Assembly (NCBI GenBank): GCA_030295235.1
Contig: AP026126.1
Span: 310,001 to 374,000, forward strand
Direction of reading: 5' to 3'
Source of the DNA: Fistulifera solaris
Taxonomy: Eukaryota
Length of the DNA: 64,000 bases
Part shown: positions 25,966 through 39,439 of the stretch, one piece after another
Numbering within the stretch: the stretch's first letter is position 1
Layout of the letters: each line of letters starts with the position of its first letter
Position numbers and translations under genes: made by a program
Notes under the pieces: model-generated
Database searches by the model: none
What the model saw: only the letters and a program-made list of their open reading frames with translations
What the model was told of the DNA's origin: nothing

Positions 25966-26494
25966 CTACAAGTACCCGCCTGCTGCAGCAAGTGATAGCA
26001 TGGAGAAGAAAAGCCCTTTGCGAGTGTCAGCTTCTAGGAGCTTTGGGTTTTGCGCATAGATATCTATTTGATCTTCTGGTATCATTCCTTCTTTTTTCAT
26101 CTCCTCGAAAGCCCTTTGAGGGTCTGCAAAAGAATTTCAGTTGCTTTCATTTCATATAACGTTCTCACCATGTGCTCGATATATTCTTTCTCATCCATGG
26201 TCTTTTCAACTCCTCCAAGTCTTTCTTCACGGCCCCTCTCTTCATTTCATCCAAGAGCTTCATGCTCTCTGGATCGCTCCTTATGGCAGTGATCATTTCG
26301 GCAATATCCAGTGCGTCCTGCTCGGAGAGTCCCGAATGCGTACTGCGTAAACGTGCCATGAGCTCCGGATCAAACGTAGGCGCACCTTTGATTGCCTCAC
26401 CGTCGAGCGTAACAGTCGCCTGTTGGGCTATCGAGGTTACTGCCATCAAGAGCATCAACAGTACTGCCGCGATTGGTCTTACTAACTTTCTCAT
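25966..26494 (-). CDS. Secreted or membrane-anchored hypothetical protein (frameshifts near 26200 and 26125)
   Basis: Signal peptide MRKLVRPIAAVLLMLLMAVTSIA. The reconstructed C-terminus ...EEMKKEGMIPEDQIDIYAQNPKLLEADTRKGLFFSMLSLAAAGGYL* ends in a hydrophobic segment. Confidence 0.6.
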
Positions 26495-26739
26495 TCTTAC
26501 GTCTTTTAGATTTACCAACAATTGACTTTTGAAAGCAACATGTTTCAATTTTTTTGTTATCGGTCGCCTCACTTTTTTACACTTCCATGTGGAGGAAAAG
26601 ACTTTAGTCACGTTCGTGACTGTCTAATGTTATAGCCGAAGCCAATAAAGACGCAAGCAAATATGTTAGGTAAGTACTTATCTAGAAAGCAGTTCCCCTT
26701 GCCATCCATATTTTGTTCGTTTTGCCACACGAGATGGTT

Positions 26740-27613
26740 TCATACCTTGAAACAGTGTTTCCATGTGGGGACTTTAGCACAATTCGTATTGCTGGAAAAA
26801 TCCAGAACCTTTAGCTTGGAGCTTGCATTTGCAACAGCCATAATTTTCTGAACAATACTGTCGGGTACGTCGAAATGGTTGATGCAAAGAGTTGCTTTCA
26901 ATTCCACGAAATGTCGCAACGCAGCCAGACGTTGGCAAAAGGAAAGCATGAGCTCAGTAGGAAAAATTTCGGTGTCATTATATTTACCGATATCGAGTTT
27001 GCTAGCCGCGATCTTCAGGGAAGGCCTATCGACTATTTGCTGATCCATTTTTGCATCAAGAGAAAGTAGAGTTCAATCAAAGTAGGATAGCCTAAATGCT
27101 CGATCACGCTAATTCGGAACAGTCGTTGCAAATTGTTGTCGTTGAACCGAGTACTCTCATCTTCGAAAGTCAACGCGACAAACGACGACTGACGGGTCTC
27201 GAGTACCTCAACGAATGCAGTTCTTCCATATTCAAACATAGTTTTAGAAAAAGTATACATTTTTGGGATGAGTGCTTGTCGCCAAAAAAATGGCTGGTTT
27301 TCACTCATTGTGATGTTCCGGAAATAAATGTCACGGCACCGTGCGGCCTCAAGCATATGTTTTTAGACATTGAGACCCAGCAGCTCGAAAGTGGAAAGAC
27401 TGGTGACCGTGAAACTCAATTTCAAGACGATCTTCGAATGCGCTACTATCCTCCAACTCTAGGAAAAGGGCAGCGGTTTCCGCAATCGCGGTGTCGGTTT
27501 CACCGAAGATGTAGAGATCTGAACCAGTTCCAGAGAATGAGACCAACAGAGATTCTCTTTCATCCTCCTACAAATCAAATCTATTATGCGGAATTACGTA
27601 CGTGAGCGTTCCA
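26740..27613 (-). pseudogene. Fragmented RNI/LRR-like protein of a lineage-expanded diatom family; probably truncated
   Basis: Successive short ORFs (LYIFGETDTAIAETAALFLEL; LTFEDESTRFNDNNLQRLF; SFCQRLAALRHFVELK; KLKVLDFS) with several frame breaks. The style recalls an expanded Fistulifera hypothetical family (from memory, unverified). Confidence 0.45.
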
Positions 27614-28045
27614 TTTTGACGTCATAAACTCAAGGGTCTTGTGTCATTGTTGAGTTCCTGCAGACTGGTGGGTTTTCGTTGGAGCCTGTACGTAGACGAC
27701 TTGTCTTCGCTTCAAACCACCAAAAACTTGCGCGGGCGTGCGCTGGAAGCTTGGAAGGGCTTTTCGTAAGTCACTGGTGTCCTGGCTATTGTTCGATATT
27801 TCATATGAAAGGAATGGAAAAGGGAGAAGTAAGATGTGTTGATACTTTTATTTTCCGCTTTTTTGTTTAAGGCTACAGTCCCGAAAGCACAATTTGCTAT
27901 TATGTGTCATTTCCACAGTGCGACACACACCTGGTGCTATCCACTCACTCGGTAGTATAGACAACAACCTTACATCTACTACTTTACTAAGCGAGAACAA
28001 GCCATGAACATTCCAAAGAATTTAGCACATATTATTATTAAACGC

Positions 28046-31000
28046 TTAATCAGCACATCGTTGAGTCTGCTCTGGGCTCAGACTCTTGCCGACAGGCAGG
28101 AAACACACTTCCCCGTCCGGGGCGCTGGCACTCACTCGAAGGATGGTGGTCGGCTCACTGGACAATTCGATCAAAGGTGTTCTGGCCTCCGAAGGGGGAT
28201 ACACCTGCCAGAACTTGCCCGATTCTTCTTCCCAGCTACTCAAGATCTTGTCGGCGCGTTCGCTTCCTGTTAGCTCATAGTGGCGCTCAATCATGCTCTT
28301 GAGTTGCGTCAGTCCTTCTGGAGTGGTCACTCGCTGTACCTTAACAATCTCACGGTTCACCTTGGACTGGAAGGAGTCATCGTCATCGTAGAAGTAACCA
28401 ATGCCACCCGTCATACCGGCGCCGACGTTACGTCCCACCGATCCAAGCATAACAACAACACCACCGGTCATGTATTCACAGCAGTGGTCGCCGGCACCTT
28501 CCGCGACCGCGTACGCCCCACTGTTTCGCACGGCAAACCGCTCTCCGGAACGACCATTAGCATGGAAATCACCGCCAGTGGCACCATAGAGACAAGCATT
28601 ACCAACAATGCTGGAGTCAGCAGCGACAAAGCCAGCGTCGCCATCTGGTACAACAACAAGTTCTCCACCGTGCATGCCCTTTCCGACATAGTCATTGGCT
28701 TCACCAGTCAAACGAACATTCAAGCCTGGAAGGCCGAAAGCTCCGAACGATTGACCCGCGCTTCCCTCGTACCGAACAGTGATTTTACCTTCAAAGCCGG
28801 AGTTACCATGAGCACGTGCGATGTCACCCGCGAGCATAGCTCCGACACTGCGATCCGTGTTCTTGATCGGGAAGCTTACCACTGTTTCGCCCTTGTTGTC
28901 GGCAATCACCTTTTTGATGTCTGGGTGATTGCAAACTTCTCGGTCAAGTTCAGAACTAAATCCATTCACATGCACTCGATCCTTCTTGAGCATGGCTCCC
29001 TGGTCACTTTTGGCTAGCAAGAAATCACGGTCAGTCTCGGAACTGGGCACACCGGAGAAGAAGGGCACAAGATCGACTCCCTTTGTTTTCACTACGCGCT
29101 CCTTGTTTGTCTTCGAAACAGTGAGTAAATCAGCGCGACCAATGATATCTTCAAACTTGCTGTAACCGAGATGCGCCATGATTTGTCGTACTTCTTCAGC
29201 AACAAACATGAAAAAGTTGACCACGTGTTCGGGAGTTCCAGGGAATTTCTTTCGCAACTCCTCTTTCTGTGACGTCACTCCGACAGGGCAAGTATTCAAA
29301 TGGCAGACTCGCGCCATGACACAACCTTCCGCAATCATTGCAATGGTACCGAAACCATATTCTTCACCACCCAGCATTGCTGCAATAGCAACGTCACGGC
29401 CCGTACGAATACCTCCATCGACACGAATGATAACACGATCGCGCAAGTTGTTGTTCATCAAAGCAGAATGAGCTTCAGTCAAACCAAGCTCCCATGGACT
29501 GCCGGCGTGTTTAATGCTGCTGAGAGGAGAAGCACCAGTACCACCGTCGTTTCCACTGATTTGAATGACATCGGCACCTGCCTTGGCAACACCGCATGCG
29601 ACGGTACCGATACCAATACTGGAAACGAGCTTCACAGACACACCAGCTTTCTCATTCACAGCATGCAAGTCATGGATCAATTGAGCAAGATCCTTCGTAG
29701 AGCGACGATTAAATAAGTAATGATTGAGAATAAGCAGAATCAAACCAAAAGTTGAGAAGAAAATAGGAAACGTACCTCAATGGAGTAAATGTCGTGATGG
29801 GGTGGTGGCGAAATTAAGGTGACGCCCGGCTTACTCGCACGTAGGCCCGCGATGTAGTCGGATACCTTCGGTCCTGGAAGTTGACCGCCTTCACCAGGCT
29901 TTGCACCTTGGGCCATTTTAATCTCAATTTGCTTGGCGGTGACAAGGAATTGAGGAGTGACTCCGAAACGGCCACTCGCGACCTGATGAACGAAAGAATT
30001 TGCCGAGTCGCCATTTTTGAGTCCGGCCAAGTGAGGAAAAGTGGGACTTCGGCCATTCTCATCAACATCCTCAATCGGCAAACACCTAATGACGTCTTCG
30101 CCTCCTTCACCTGAGTTGCTCTTTCCACCAATTCTGTTTACGGCAATTGCCAAGTTCTCGTGGGCCTCACGCGAAAGAGCTCCCAGAGACATAGCACCGG
30201 TGCAGAAACGTTCGAGAATAGCAGCAGCGGGCTCTACTTCTTCAATCGGGATACTCTTTCGATCTGAGTCAAAGTCGAGCAAATCACGAATGTTTGCAAG
30301 GGGGGCGCTCTCGATTGATTTTTTGAAGATTTCGTAGTTGGCTACAGATGCCGGCTTGACGCCATCATTCTCGAGTTCGTCGCGGTTTGATGCAGCACTG
30401 ACCTTTTTATCCAAGCCAATAGCGTCGTGTAATAACTTCGCCATATCTGAGGAGTTAATGTGGTATTCACCAAGCGCTGGAACTGGCTTGTAGAAACCAT
30501 AGTTGATGAGTTTCATCTTGGCTTCAGCTACCTCGGGACGCATCATTACCGTTTCACGAGCGATATCCTCAAAGCTAACTCCACCGATTCGACTTGTGGT
30601 GCCCTTAAAACTACGACTAATAACGTCTTCACCGATTCCGATGGCTTCAAAAATCTGAGCACCCTGATATGATGACAACAAGCTAATACCCATCTTCGAC
30701 AAAATCTTCAGCAAACCGTCGTCAACAGCCTTACGGTAATTTTCTTGCGCTTGAGCTGTTGTCGTCTTTTAAGCTTTCCGGCTTCCATAGCCTTTTGAGT
30801 TTTGTCTTGTCCGTGCCACTGCTTAACGGTTTCGAGAGCAAGATAAGGGTGAACAGCGTTCGCTCCATAGCCGACCAAGCATGCAAAGTGGTGTGTACTC
30901 CAGGCTCCGCCAGTTTCAATTACGATACCCGTGTCCATACGCAGACCTTCTTCAATTAAACGATGGTGTACCGCACCAACAGCGATCATCGGAGGAATAT

Positions 31001-33215
31001 ATGTGGTAGAGTCAAGCTCAACTTGATCCTTCGCAAAATCGCTTAGAATCAAGACTTCACTGCCTCCCTTCACAGCCGCAACTGCAGCGTCACACACCTG
31101 ATCAAGAGCCTTTTGTAGTCCCGATGGTCCATCACTAAGTGCGTAGCGCGTCGAGACAGTGGTTTGCTGGAAACTACCGTTCTCGGGTTTGCTCATTTCG
31201 GCGATACGTTCCATTTCGGCGGCATTCAAAATAGGTGACTCCAAATGAATCAATCGTGCACCCTTTTCTGAGACCTTGTAAATTGACTCTTTCTTGCCGA
31301 GCGTCATCGCCAACGACATGACAACACCCTCACGCAACGGATCAATCGGTGGGTTGGTTACCTGGGCGAAACGTTGTTTGAAGTAATTGTAGAGAGGCTG
31401 TGGGCGTTCCGAGAGGACAGCAATCGGTGCATCGTCTCCCATAGAATAAGTCGTCTCTTTGCAGCACCCGCCATGTCAGCAATCTGCATTCCGATATCTT
31501 CGAGCGACCAACCGAACGATCCTTGGGCAAAAGTCGCCGTAGAGTCATCGTAAAGGCGTTCGTCCGGAGCGTCCATCTTATTGACATCTTTGCGTTGTCT
31601 CGCGATCCATTCACCGTAAGGATGACCTGTAAAGACTTCATTTTTAGAAACAATCCAATCATCGATTATTGTGTAATGTGACTCGATCTTTTGTACTTAC
31701 GACTAGCGATTTCGCTCTTGATTTGAATATTGTCTTTAAAAGCTCCCGTCGACAAATCAACATTGATCATCTGGCCTGGTCCAAGACGACCTTTTTCAAC
31801 AATCTCAGATTCCTCCAAACCAGGAATCACACCCGTTTCACTCATCATGTAAACAGTTCCATCATTGCCAATGCTGTATCGGGCCGGTCGAAGTCCATTA
31901 CGATCAAGTGATGCACCAATCGATTTGCCATCCGAAAAGACCAAAAGAGCAGGTCCATCCCACGGTTCCAGGAGTCCTCCATGGAATTTGTAAAAATCGG
32001 TAATTTCGGGATGATCAGCTAGGTCGGGATTGTTCACGTAAGCAGTCGGAACCATGGCCATGAGTGCGCATGGGGCACGGTGTCGTGACTTGCACATGAG
32101 CTCAAAGACGGAATCCAAGTTGGCCGAGTCCGAACGTCCCAAATCAACAACGGGCTCGAGTACCGATGGAATATCTTGCGTGTTGCACATGGTCACAATA
32201 TTCATCGTGTTATCAAAGTCGACCAAATCGTCGGTATTTTCGATCGTACTGATGGCTTTAGACGCTTCTCGTGCTTTGATCCAGTTGACGTTCCCCAATA
32301 AAGTATTGATCTCACCGTTGTGACCCACCACACGCATGGGCTGAGCCAAAGGCCAGCGGGGACTGGTATTGGTGGAGTAACGGCGATGGTAAATGACGAA
32401 CTTGGAAGTATAATCCGGATTGGTCAAGTCCTTGTAAAATTGCGGTAAGATCGCCGATTGCACCATGGCCTTGTAGACAATAGTACGTGAACTGAACGAG
32501 GCCACGTAGGTCTCACTTCCTTCTTCATTGTTCCATACCAATCCTTGCTTGGCGAGTTGCACTCCGAATCGTCGTCGCACCAGATAGAGGGTTCGTTCAA
32601 ACCCATCACGATCCTTATCGTCTTCGAGTCGCTTGGGCGGCTGGACGAAGAATTGCCAAATACTCGGACGAGCCTGGTAGGCCAACTCACCCAAGACGGA
32701 ATTATCGACCGGAACTTCTCTCCAACCCAAAAATTGGAGTTCGTTGGCTTGACAGACATCTTCAATGAGATCTTTGACCGCCTTGCGACGCATGGCATTG
32801 CGGGGCAAAAGATCATTCCGACGCCCGGTTCCGGACATTCGTCGGTCGTAAACTCTTCAAAAAGTTTCCACGGTATCCCCGTCATGACACCGGCACCATC
32901 GCCAGAGACGCCGTCTCCACCACAAGCCCCACGATGTTCCATGCATCCAAGGGCACTGAGACCTTGTGTGAGAACTTTGTGCGAACCGAATGGACCACCT
33001 TCTTTCACATTGGCCACAAAACCGACACCACAAGCGTCGCGTTCTTGAACGAGTGGTGCTGGGCCATCAAACATGTTGGTAAGTTGATCTTTCGGCCAAG
33101 CCATGGAAAGACTTACTTTGCTACTCATTGAAGGAGGAGTAGGAGGAGAAAAAAGAAAAGCCATGGCGACTGGAGCCGCCAGAATGGCGAAAACGACCAA
33201 CCGTCGGCACGACAT
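28046..33215 (-). CDS. GLU1: Plastid ferredoxin-dependent glutamate synthase (Fd-GOGAT); introns approx. 31629-31698 and 29695-29775; three homopolymer frameshifts
   Basis: Signal peptide ending [14 protein letters not shown] (N-terminal Cys GATase), [57 protein letters not shown], [3Fe-4S] motif [15 protein letters not shown] and GXGXG C-domain. No fused NADH beta subunit. Confidence 0.95.
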
Positions 33216-33649
33216 GAGCAGTGACGAACGAAAACGAGTCTGGAAACAAAAAAAGAAGGTATTCAATGGTAAATCTCCCAACAGACGTTCGTTGCCTTTT
33301 ATAAAGTCAACCAATTTCAAATGTCCTCTCGGCTGTTTGAATGAGAGAAACACTATGATCGGATTGAATTTTCGGTTTTCCCACAAAGGCAGGCAATCCA
33401 AAAGATTTTTTTATGATGATGATGATGGAAGAAAGCGAAATTTCATTTCAGAGGCCATGAAGTTATTATCATTTGTTGCCGAGAAAAAAGAACAACCTGC
33501 GCAAAAATCACGTGGCGGAAATTCGCCGCCGATCCAACTTTTTATGCTATAGTGTCTGTCCGAGGTCAGGACACAGCAGGAAAAGCGAATGAAGGGACGG
33601 ACGAAATTTCGATGGAGGAAGATACATTCGTGACTGGGAGTCCCGTACC

Positions 33650-33669
33650 GTACGGTACCGGTACCGTAC
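33650..33669. repeat. Perfect 20-bp palindrome GTACGGTACCGGTACCGTAC within a GTACC-rich patch
   Basis: Self-complementary as read directly. Lies in the divergent intergenic region upstream of Fd-GOGAT. Confidence 0.9.
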
Positions 33670-33834
33670 CGTACCTGCTATCCGATTGCTTCGTGATCGA
33701 TCTCGATGCTCGCGATCTTTTGCCTCTCTTCTTGTTACCTGGTATTGCTCACTTGGTAATCATTTTCATCCATGAATAAGAAAAGCTTTAATCATTCACC
33801 GTAAAAGTCTAGAATAACACACAAAAACAGAATC

Positions 33835-34338
33835 ATGCCTTCTGATGGAGGTAATATTTTTTTAACGACAGAGAATCTCGCGTTCTCTATGCCGCTCATT
33901 GCCGTGTGTTTGATCTACGTAAGTGAAATCATTCCATCCGTTCGTTGGATGTCTTATTTCGACCTCGACTCGCAGTTTTCTCTCACCTTGACGCAAAAAA
34001 AATACAGGCCTATTTCAAATTTCTACCGCTCCGAGTCAGTTTAGCGGGAGTTGCCATTGTATTTGTAGTATTCCAAATACGGTCGCAGCTACAGGCAAGA
34101 AAAGACAGCCAACTGACGCATTTGGATGAAACCGCCATCTTAGATATTGTCGGGGAAGAAGAAGAAAAGGATGCCGCGAAAGCACAGGAAGCAGCGAAAC
34201 AAGCCAGTAAAGCAAAAAAATCGTGTCAAGAATCGATTGGCACAGGAACGGAAAAGTGGAAAGGTGAAATCCAAAATCGAGTACGATGAGGATGTCGATA
34301 TGGCGACCTTTGTGAAAGGTGGAAAGAAGGGTAACTAA
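33835..34338 (+). CDS. Small two-TM membrane protein with a basic C-tail (intron approx. 33919-33975; frameshifts)
   Basis: ATG in AATCATG context, GTAAGT donor and CGCAG acceptor, hydrophobic segments and a charged tail. Confidence 0.5.
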
Positions 34339-34521
34339 TAATCAACGAAGCAAGGTATACTCTTTTTTGTGCGCAATGAAACAGCTTTCTTTCTTTCTCA
34401 CTTAACCGGGTCGTAGCTTCTAGCCACTACGTAGCTAGTTCCGTAAAGAGCCACCAAATATTGTTGCCACCGCACACCAAATACAGTATATGCACTAGCC
34501 GTCGTCTTTCCCTTTCATTCC

Positions 34522-35224
34522 CTATAGTTCACCGCATTCCACAATCTTGATTGGCATCCGCGGTTCGGTCCCACGGACGGGCGCATTTTCAATCTTTCGT
34601 ACCGTCAACATACTTTCGGCATCCAACACCTTGCCAAATACAGTGTGTCTTCCGTCTAACCAATCAGCTTTTCCGCACGTGATAAAAAATTGACATCCGT
34701 TCGTATTCGGACCCGAATTGGCACTACTGAGCAAACCGGGTTGATCGTGAGGATGTTGAAAATTTTCATCGGCAAAGGAGGGTCCGTAAATGCTCATTTT
34801 TCCGGTGCCATCGTGGTGCACAAAATCTCCTCCCTGAATCATGACTGTGCGATGATACAAGAGTGAGATAATAATATAGGAAAAGCAACCAAACAGACTC
34901 ATCCTTATACGTACACGATTTGATGATGCGATGAAACGTGCTTCCTTTATATCCGATCGGTTGCTCGTGTTGCAGAAATTCGCCCGTACAGAACTGTCGA
35001 AAATTTTCACACGTCTTGGGGCACTGTCGGAACATCACTGTGAGATTAATCAAGGTCTTTCAACTTTCATGATAATATAGAAAGGAACGTACATCTTGCA
35101 CAAAGAGCTCCAATTTGATGCGACCCAACGGTACGTCTTCCATGGCCACGTCCAAAAAGACTACAACATTCCCTCTATTTTGAATAGCATCTAATACAGC
35201 CGGATCAGGTCCGCTGGTTGTCAT
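34522..35224 (-). CDS. PPIH: Cyclophilin H (U4/U6 snRNP peptidyl-prolyl isomerase); introns 35024-35092 and 34845-34914
   Basis: The spliced product reads [29 protein letters not shown]...[53 protein letters not shown]. Confidence 0.88.
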
Positions 35225-36045
35225 GCTTGTATGATTTCCTTGTGATTTGTAGAAAAAATATACAGCAACTACAATATGGATGGATCGACGACTTCGGGCG
35301 TACAAAAAAGTTTCCGGGACTGGATTTCCTTTGAGTCGTAGAAAGAACGGTCGCCTGTACATTGTATAAGGCACTGGTAGAAAACATTGGGGGGAGTTCT
35401 CGCAACACTACGGAATCGTTCCAACAAATGCATCAACAATAATACCACCCAATAATCCAATAGATTAGATCTGTCAGTGATTATGGATATGGAGGAGTTG
35501 AATTAGGTGTTTTCTTCGATTTTTTATACGGAGTACGTTTTTCTTGACCTTTACCGGGATCGGATTGAAATTGAGTCGTGGGAATTATAGCATGAAGGAT
35601 CATCTGAGCTCTGTTCCATGGAGCATGACTTTCTCAATGTTTTTCAATCCAACAAAATCATCAAACAAAGTCTATAGAATTCATTCCGAGTAGCTCGTTG
35701 GACATGCATTCAATCATTATAAAGAGAGGGCGAAGCGACGCCGGCGTGCCAACTTAGTTCACTGTTAAACATAAAACATGTTTATGTACTACTAGTTTGA
35801 CTCTCATTATGCCCCCACTATGGTCCACGAAAAATGGGGGAGGGGGTGCACCTCCACCGAAATGATTTCGCCTCGTCTTTCCTTCCAAGAACCTTCTTTT
35901 CTTTCTGATAATACGATAATAAAGATATCCAGTCTCGCCCTCTCTCTCTCTCATTCACCTCTCTTGAAATCACCGGGTGCGACTGTGGGATTTTTTCGTG
36001 AATCATCATCGATCTCTTGTTCGCGGCCCACATTCTTTGTATTAC

Positions 36046-39000
36046 ATGTGGCGCACCACGAGGTTCATTTCGTGGATCTTGTTGTTACTGCTTCCCACCG
36101 TTCATAGTTTCAACATGATGCGTCCTTTGATCACACGAACACTGCGAAATACCTCCCATCGACGAGTCTGTACAAGGATCTTTTCGACGTTACCACATGA
36201 AACGGTGACCACGGAAGAATTGTTTCACAATAAGCCATGGGTAGAATTATCCAAACAACCAGCGATTGAATTCTCGAATACGAATGAAGATGCCCTACAA
36301 ATAAACACTAAGCCCAAAGAAGGAGGAAATTGGAATCCAGAAAATCCGTTGCAATGGGCGCGTGATTTTGGTCGACGTTCTGCCGAACGCACCGCTGCCT
36401 TACAGAGTCGTATCCGTCTCCAACCGGGAGACGAAGGATATTTTGACGTGAATCACATTCGCATACCTCATGTCACCATTGTTCGCAATCGACAAGATGC
36501 GCGCATTGTAACGGCCAAATTGATGGAAGCGACCGATATCTTTCATGCGTGTGATACAGAAGTCATGGACATTGACCTCAAAACGGTGGGGCCCGTGGGC
36601 AATGGATACGTCACGTGTGTCAGTATTTATTCGGGACCCGATTTTGATTATGGTCTCGGAGATGGACCCGGTTCTTGTTTGTGGATTGATAATCTCGATG
36701 ATGCGTGCGGTGTCTTACAAGAATTCAAAGAATGGTTCGAGGATGAACGCTTCCTCAAAGTGTGGCACAATTATGGCTTTGATCGCCACGTCATGTGGAA
36801 TGAAGGAATTGACGTAAAAGGCTTTGGTGGCGATACCATGCACATGGCGCGCCTCGAAAATACAGCACGCAGTCGCATCAGTATGACGGGCGGAACTGAA
36901 ATGAATGGCTACAGTTTGGAAGCGCTGACGGCCTCGCTCTTGAATCGTCGCAAACAGCCCATGAAGGAGATTTTTGGAGTCAAACGATTACGAAAAGATG
37001 GGAGTGAAGGAAGTATTATCGATATTCCACCGGTCGAAGTCATGCAGCGCGATCCTCGATTTCGGTCACGGTGGATTCTTTATTCCTCCTATGATGCGGT
37101 GGGGACCTATAAACTTCGAGAAGTGTTGGAGGAACGATTGAAGAAGAGGAAATGGTTATCGGATTCAGACAACATGTACGATTATTACTTTATGCACATG
37201 AGACCCTTCGGAGAAGTACTCACCGACATGGAACGACGAGGAATACGTGTGGATGCCCGCGATTACTTGGCCAAAGCCGAACAAAATGCCCGGGCCGATA
37301 GAGAGCGGCACTCCAGGATATTTCGAGAATGGGCGGCCACAAAAATTGGTGTCGATGGTTTAGCCATTAACACAGCTAGCTCGTTGCAGCTATGCACTTT
37401 CTTGTTTGGAGGCGCTCTTAACGAGAAAACAAATGAATTCACTGAATCGGTTCGAGTATTCAAAGTTCCTCGGGAGGAAATCCCGGAAGATGCGCTCGAG
37501 GCGATTGAAAATCGTGATAGAAAGGATGATGACGAAGATCAAAATAATGATCTTGATTACCTTGAGCAAATGAAAGCGACTCAACTCAAGGCTCTATGCA
37601 AAGAGAGAGGCTTGAAATTATCAGGGAAGAAAGCAGAATTGATTGAACGCTTGAAAGCCTTTTTTATACATGATAGTCAGAGAGTTGATAGATTAGTAAA
37701 CGCTGACGAATTCGACGAAATGACCGACAAGGATCTTCAAGATGTTTTGATTGCTCGAGGGCAAGGGAAAGTAACAGGCACAAGGGATGAATTACTGAAA
37801 AGAATACGGCAAGATGTTGAGTTTACGAACCAAATACTAGAAGCGTCAACTGGTCTGGATGCAGACGGAATGCCGGAAATAGCAAAAGTAATGGAAGATT
37901 TGGCAAGAAAAGACGGCGGCGCGCTCGCTGAGGCACTGGAAGAGCTGAGATTGAAGTCCTCTACACCACCAAAGAACATTGACATAACAATCAAGGGCTT
38001 GGGCCTTAAGATTGAAAAAATACACTGCAGGTAATTCTCCCAGCGTAACAGCCGATGTAATAGGAAAACTTGCAGGGGATCCGTTCGCCGACCCACCGAA
38101 ATATGGCTCGGTAAGCATGTCGCATGGGGAAATAGATTGTAATCAACAAGTTACTTATTTCGTTTTTTCAGGCATTTGAAAAACTGGGAAAAGAGGGCTG
38201 CGAAGCTCTCGCGAGTCTCGCTGCTATTGGTTCTATCGACACAATGATAGCCAACTTCTTCACAAGTTTACAAGAGCTTGTTGACGACCAAAGTCGCGTC
38301 CATTGCTCGTTAAATTTAAATACAGAAACAGGTCGACTATCTTCGCGGAGACCCAATCTTCAAAATCAACCTGCCTTGGAGAAGGATAAATACAAGATTC
38401 GAAAGGCATTTCAGGCTAGTCCAGGAAACAACTTGATCGTGGCTGATTATGGTCAGCTTGAATTGCGTCTATTGGCTAGTTTGACAGAGTGTACTTCTAT
38501 GATCGAGGCTTTTAAAGCAGGAGGTGACTTTCATTCTCGAACGGCGCTAGATATGTTCCCTTATATACAAGAGAAAGTGAAATCTGGAGAGGTTATCTTG
38601 GAATGGGATTATGCTGACGGCGAGCCAACCAAACCGCTAGTGAAGGATTTGTACGCTTCTGAGAGGCGGAAAGCGAAAACGCTTAACTTTTCCATTGCTT
38701 ATGGCAAAACCGCGCATGGTCTGAGTCAGGATTGGGGTGTGTCGAAAGAAGAAGCTGAGGAGATGCTAAAAGCCTGGTACAAAGCTCGACCTGAAGTCGA
38801 AAAGTGGCAAAAAGCGACACAAGAGCATGCGAAGCGTTTCGGAGAGACACGAACCTTGATGGGGCGATACCGTGATCTGCCTCATGCAATGAAGGGCTCA
38901 GCGCCTAAATTCCTCGGTCACGCTATGAGGGCCAGTATCAATACGCCTATCCAAGGTGGTGCCGCTGACGTAGCTATGATGGCAATGATTAAAATCAACA

Positions 39001-39212
39001 ATAGCCCCAAACTCAAGAAACTCGGTTGGATTTTGCTGCTACAAATCCACGACGAAGTCATATTAGAAGGCCCTGAGGAGACCGCCGAAGAAGCGTTCCA
39101 AGAGGTTCTCGATTGTATGCAAAATCCTTGGGTATATGGACTGAAGAAGACCAGTGTACCGCTCGAGGTAGATGGCTCATACAATCACAAAACATGGTAT
39201 GATGCGAAATAA
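36046..39212 (+). CDS. POP: Plant/protist organellar DNA polymerase (POP, family A) with 3'-5' exonuclease and two SAP domains; intron 38111-38171; frameshift near 38017
   Basis: Exo I HACDTEV, KVWHNYGFDRH, GDTMHMARL and YSLEALT. Polymerase motifs TETGRLSSRRPNLQNQPALEKDKY, ADYGQLELR, ERRKAKTLNFSIAYG and LQIHDEVILEGP. Confidence 0.93.
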
Positions 39213-39439
39213 GCCGCTTTAGAACTTATAAATCATTACATAAGACTACTTGGTTTGTTGATGCCGCAAAAGCAGGCGATAACCTTTTTCTCGATTGAGC
39301 ATGGATCCTTTCGAACGCGCTCATGTAGAACTATTATACAGTATTTTTGAAGAGAACCCATTGTCTAGTCCATCTTTTCCCAGCCCAGGTTGGTTGGGAG
39401 TTGGGACTCACACTTTAAACCGAAGTCTCAAAAATGTAA

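Noticed and set aside
28280..29716. Long + strand ORFs (245 and 138 aa)
   Set aside because: Antisense shadows of the codon-biased Fd-GOGAT gene.
641..38020. Programmed ribosomal frameshifting in DHAR, MCM4, GOGAT, POP and others
   Set aside because: The breaks fall at unrelated homopolymers in both directions with no shared slippery or structural motif, so sequencing error is far more parsimonious.
36046..39212. Viral or Polinton-derived DNA polymerase
   Set aside because: It is a family A POP with an intron and organelle presequence, with no terminal repeats or viral neighbours.
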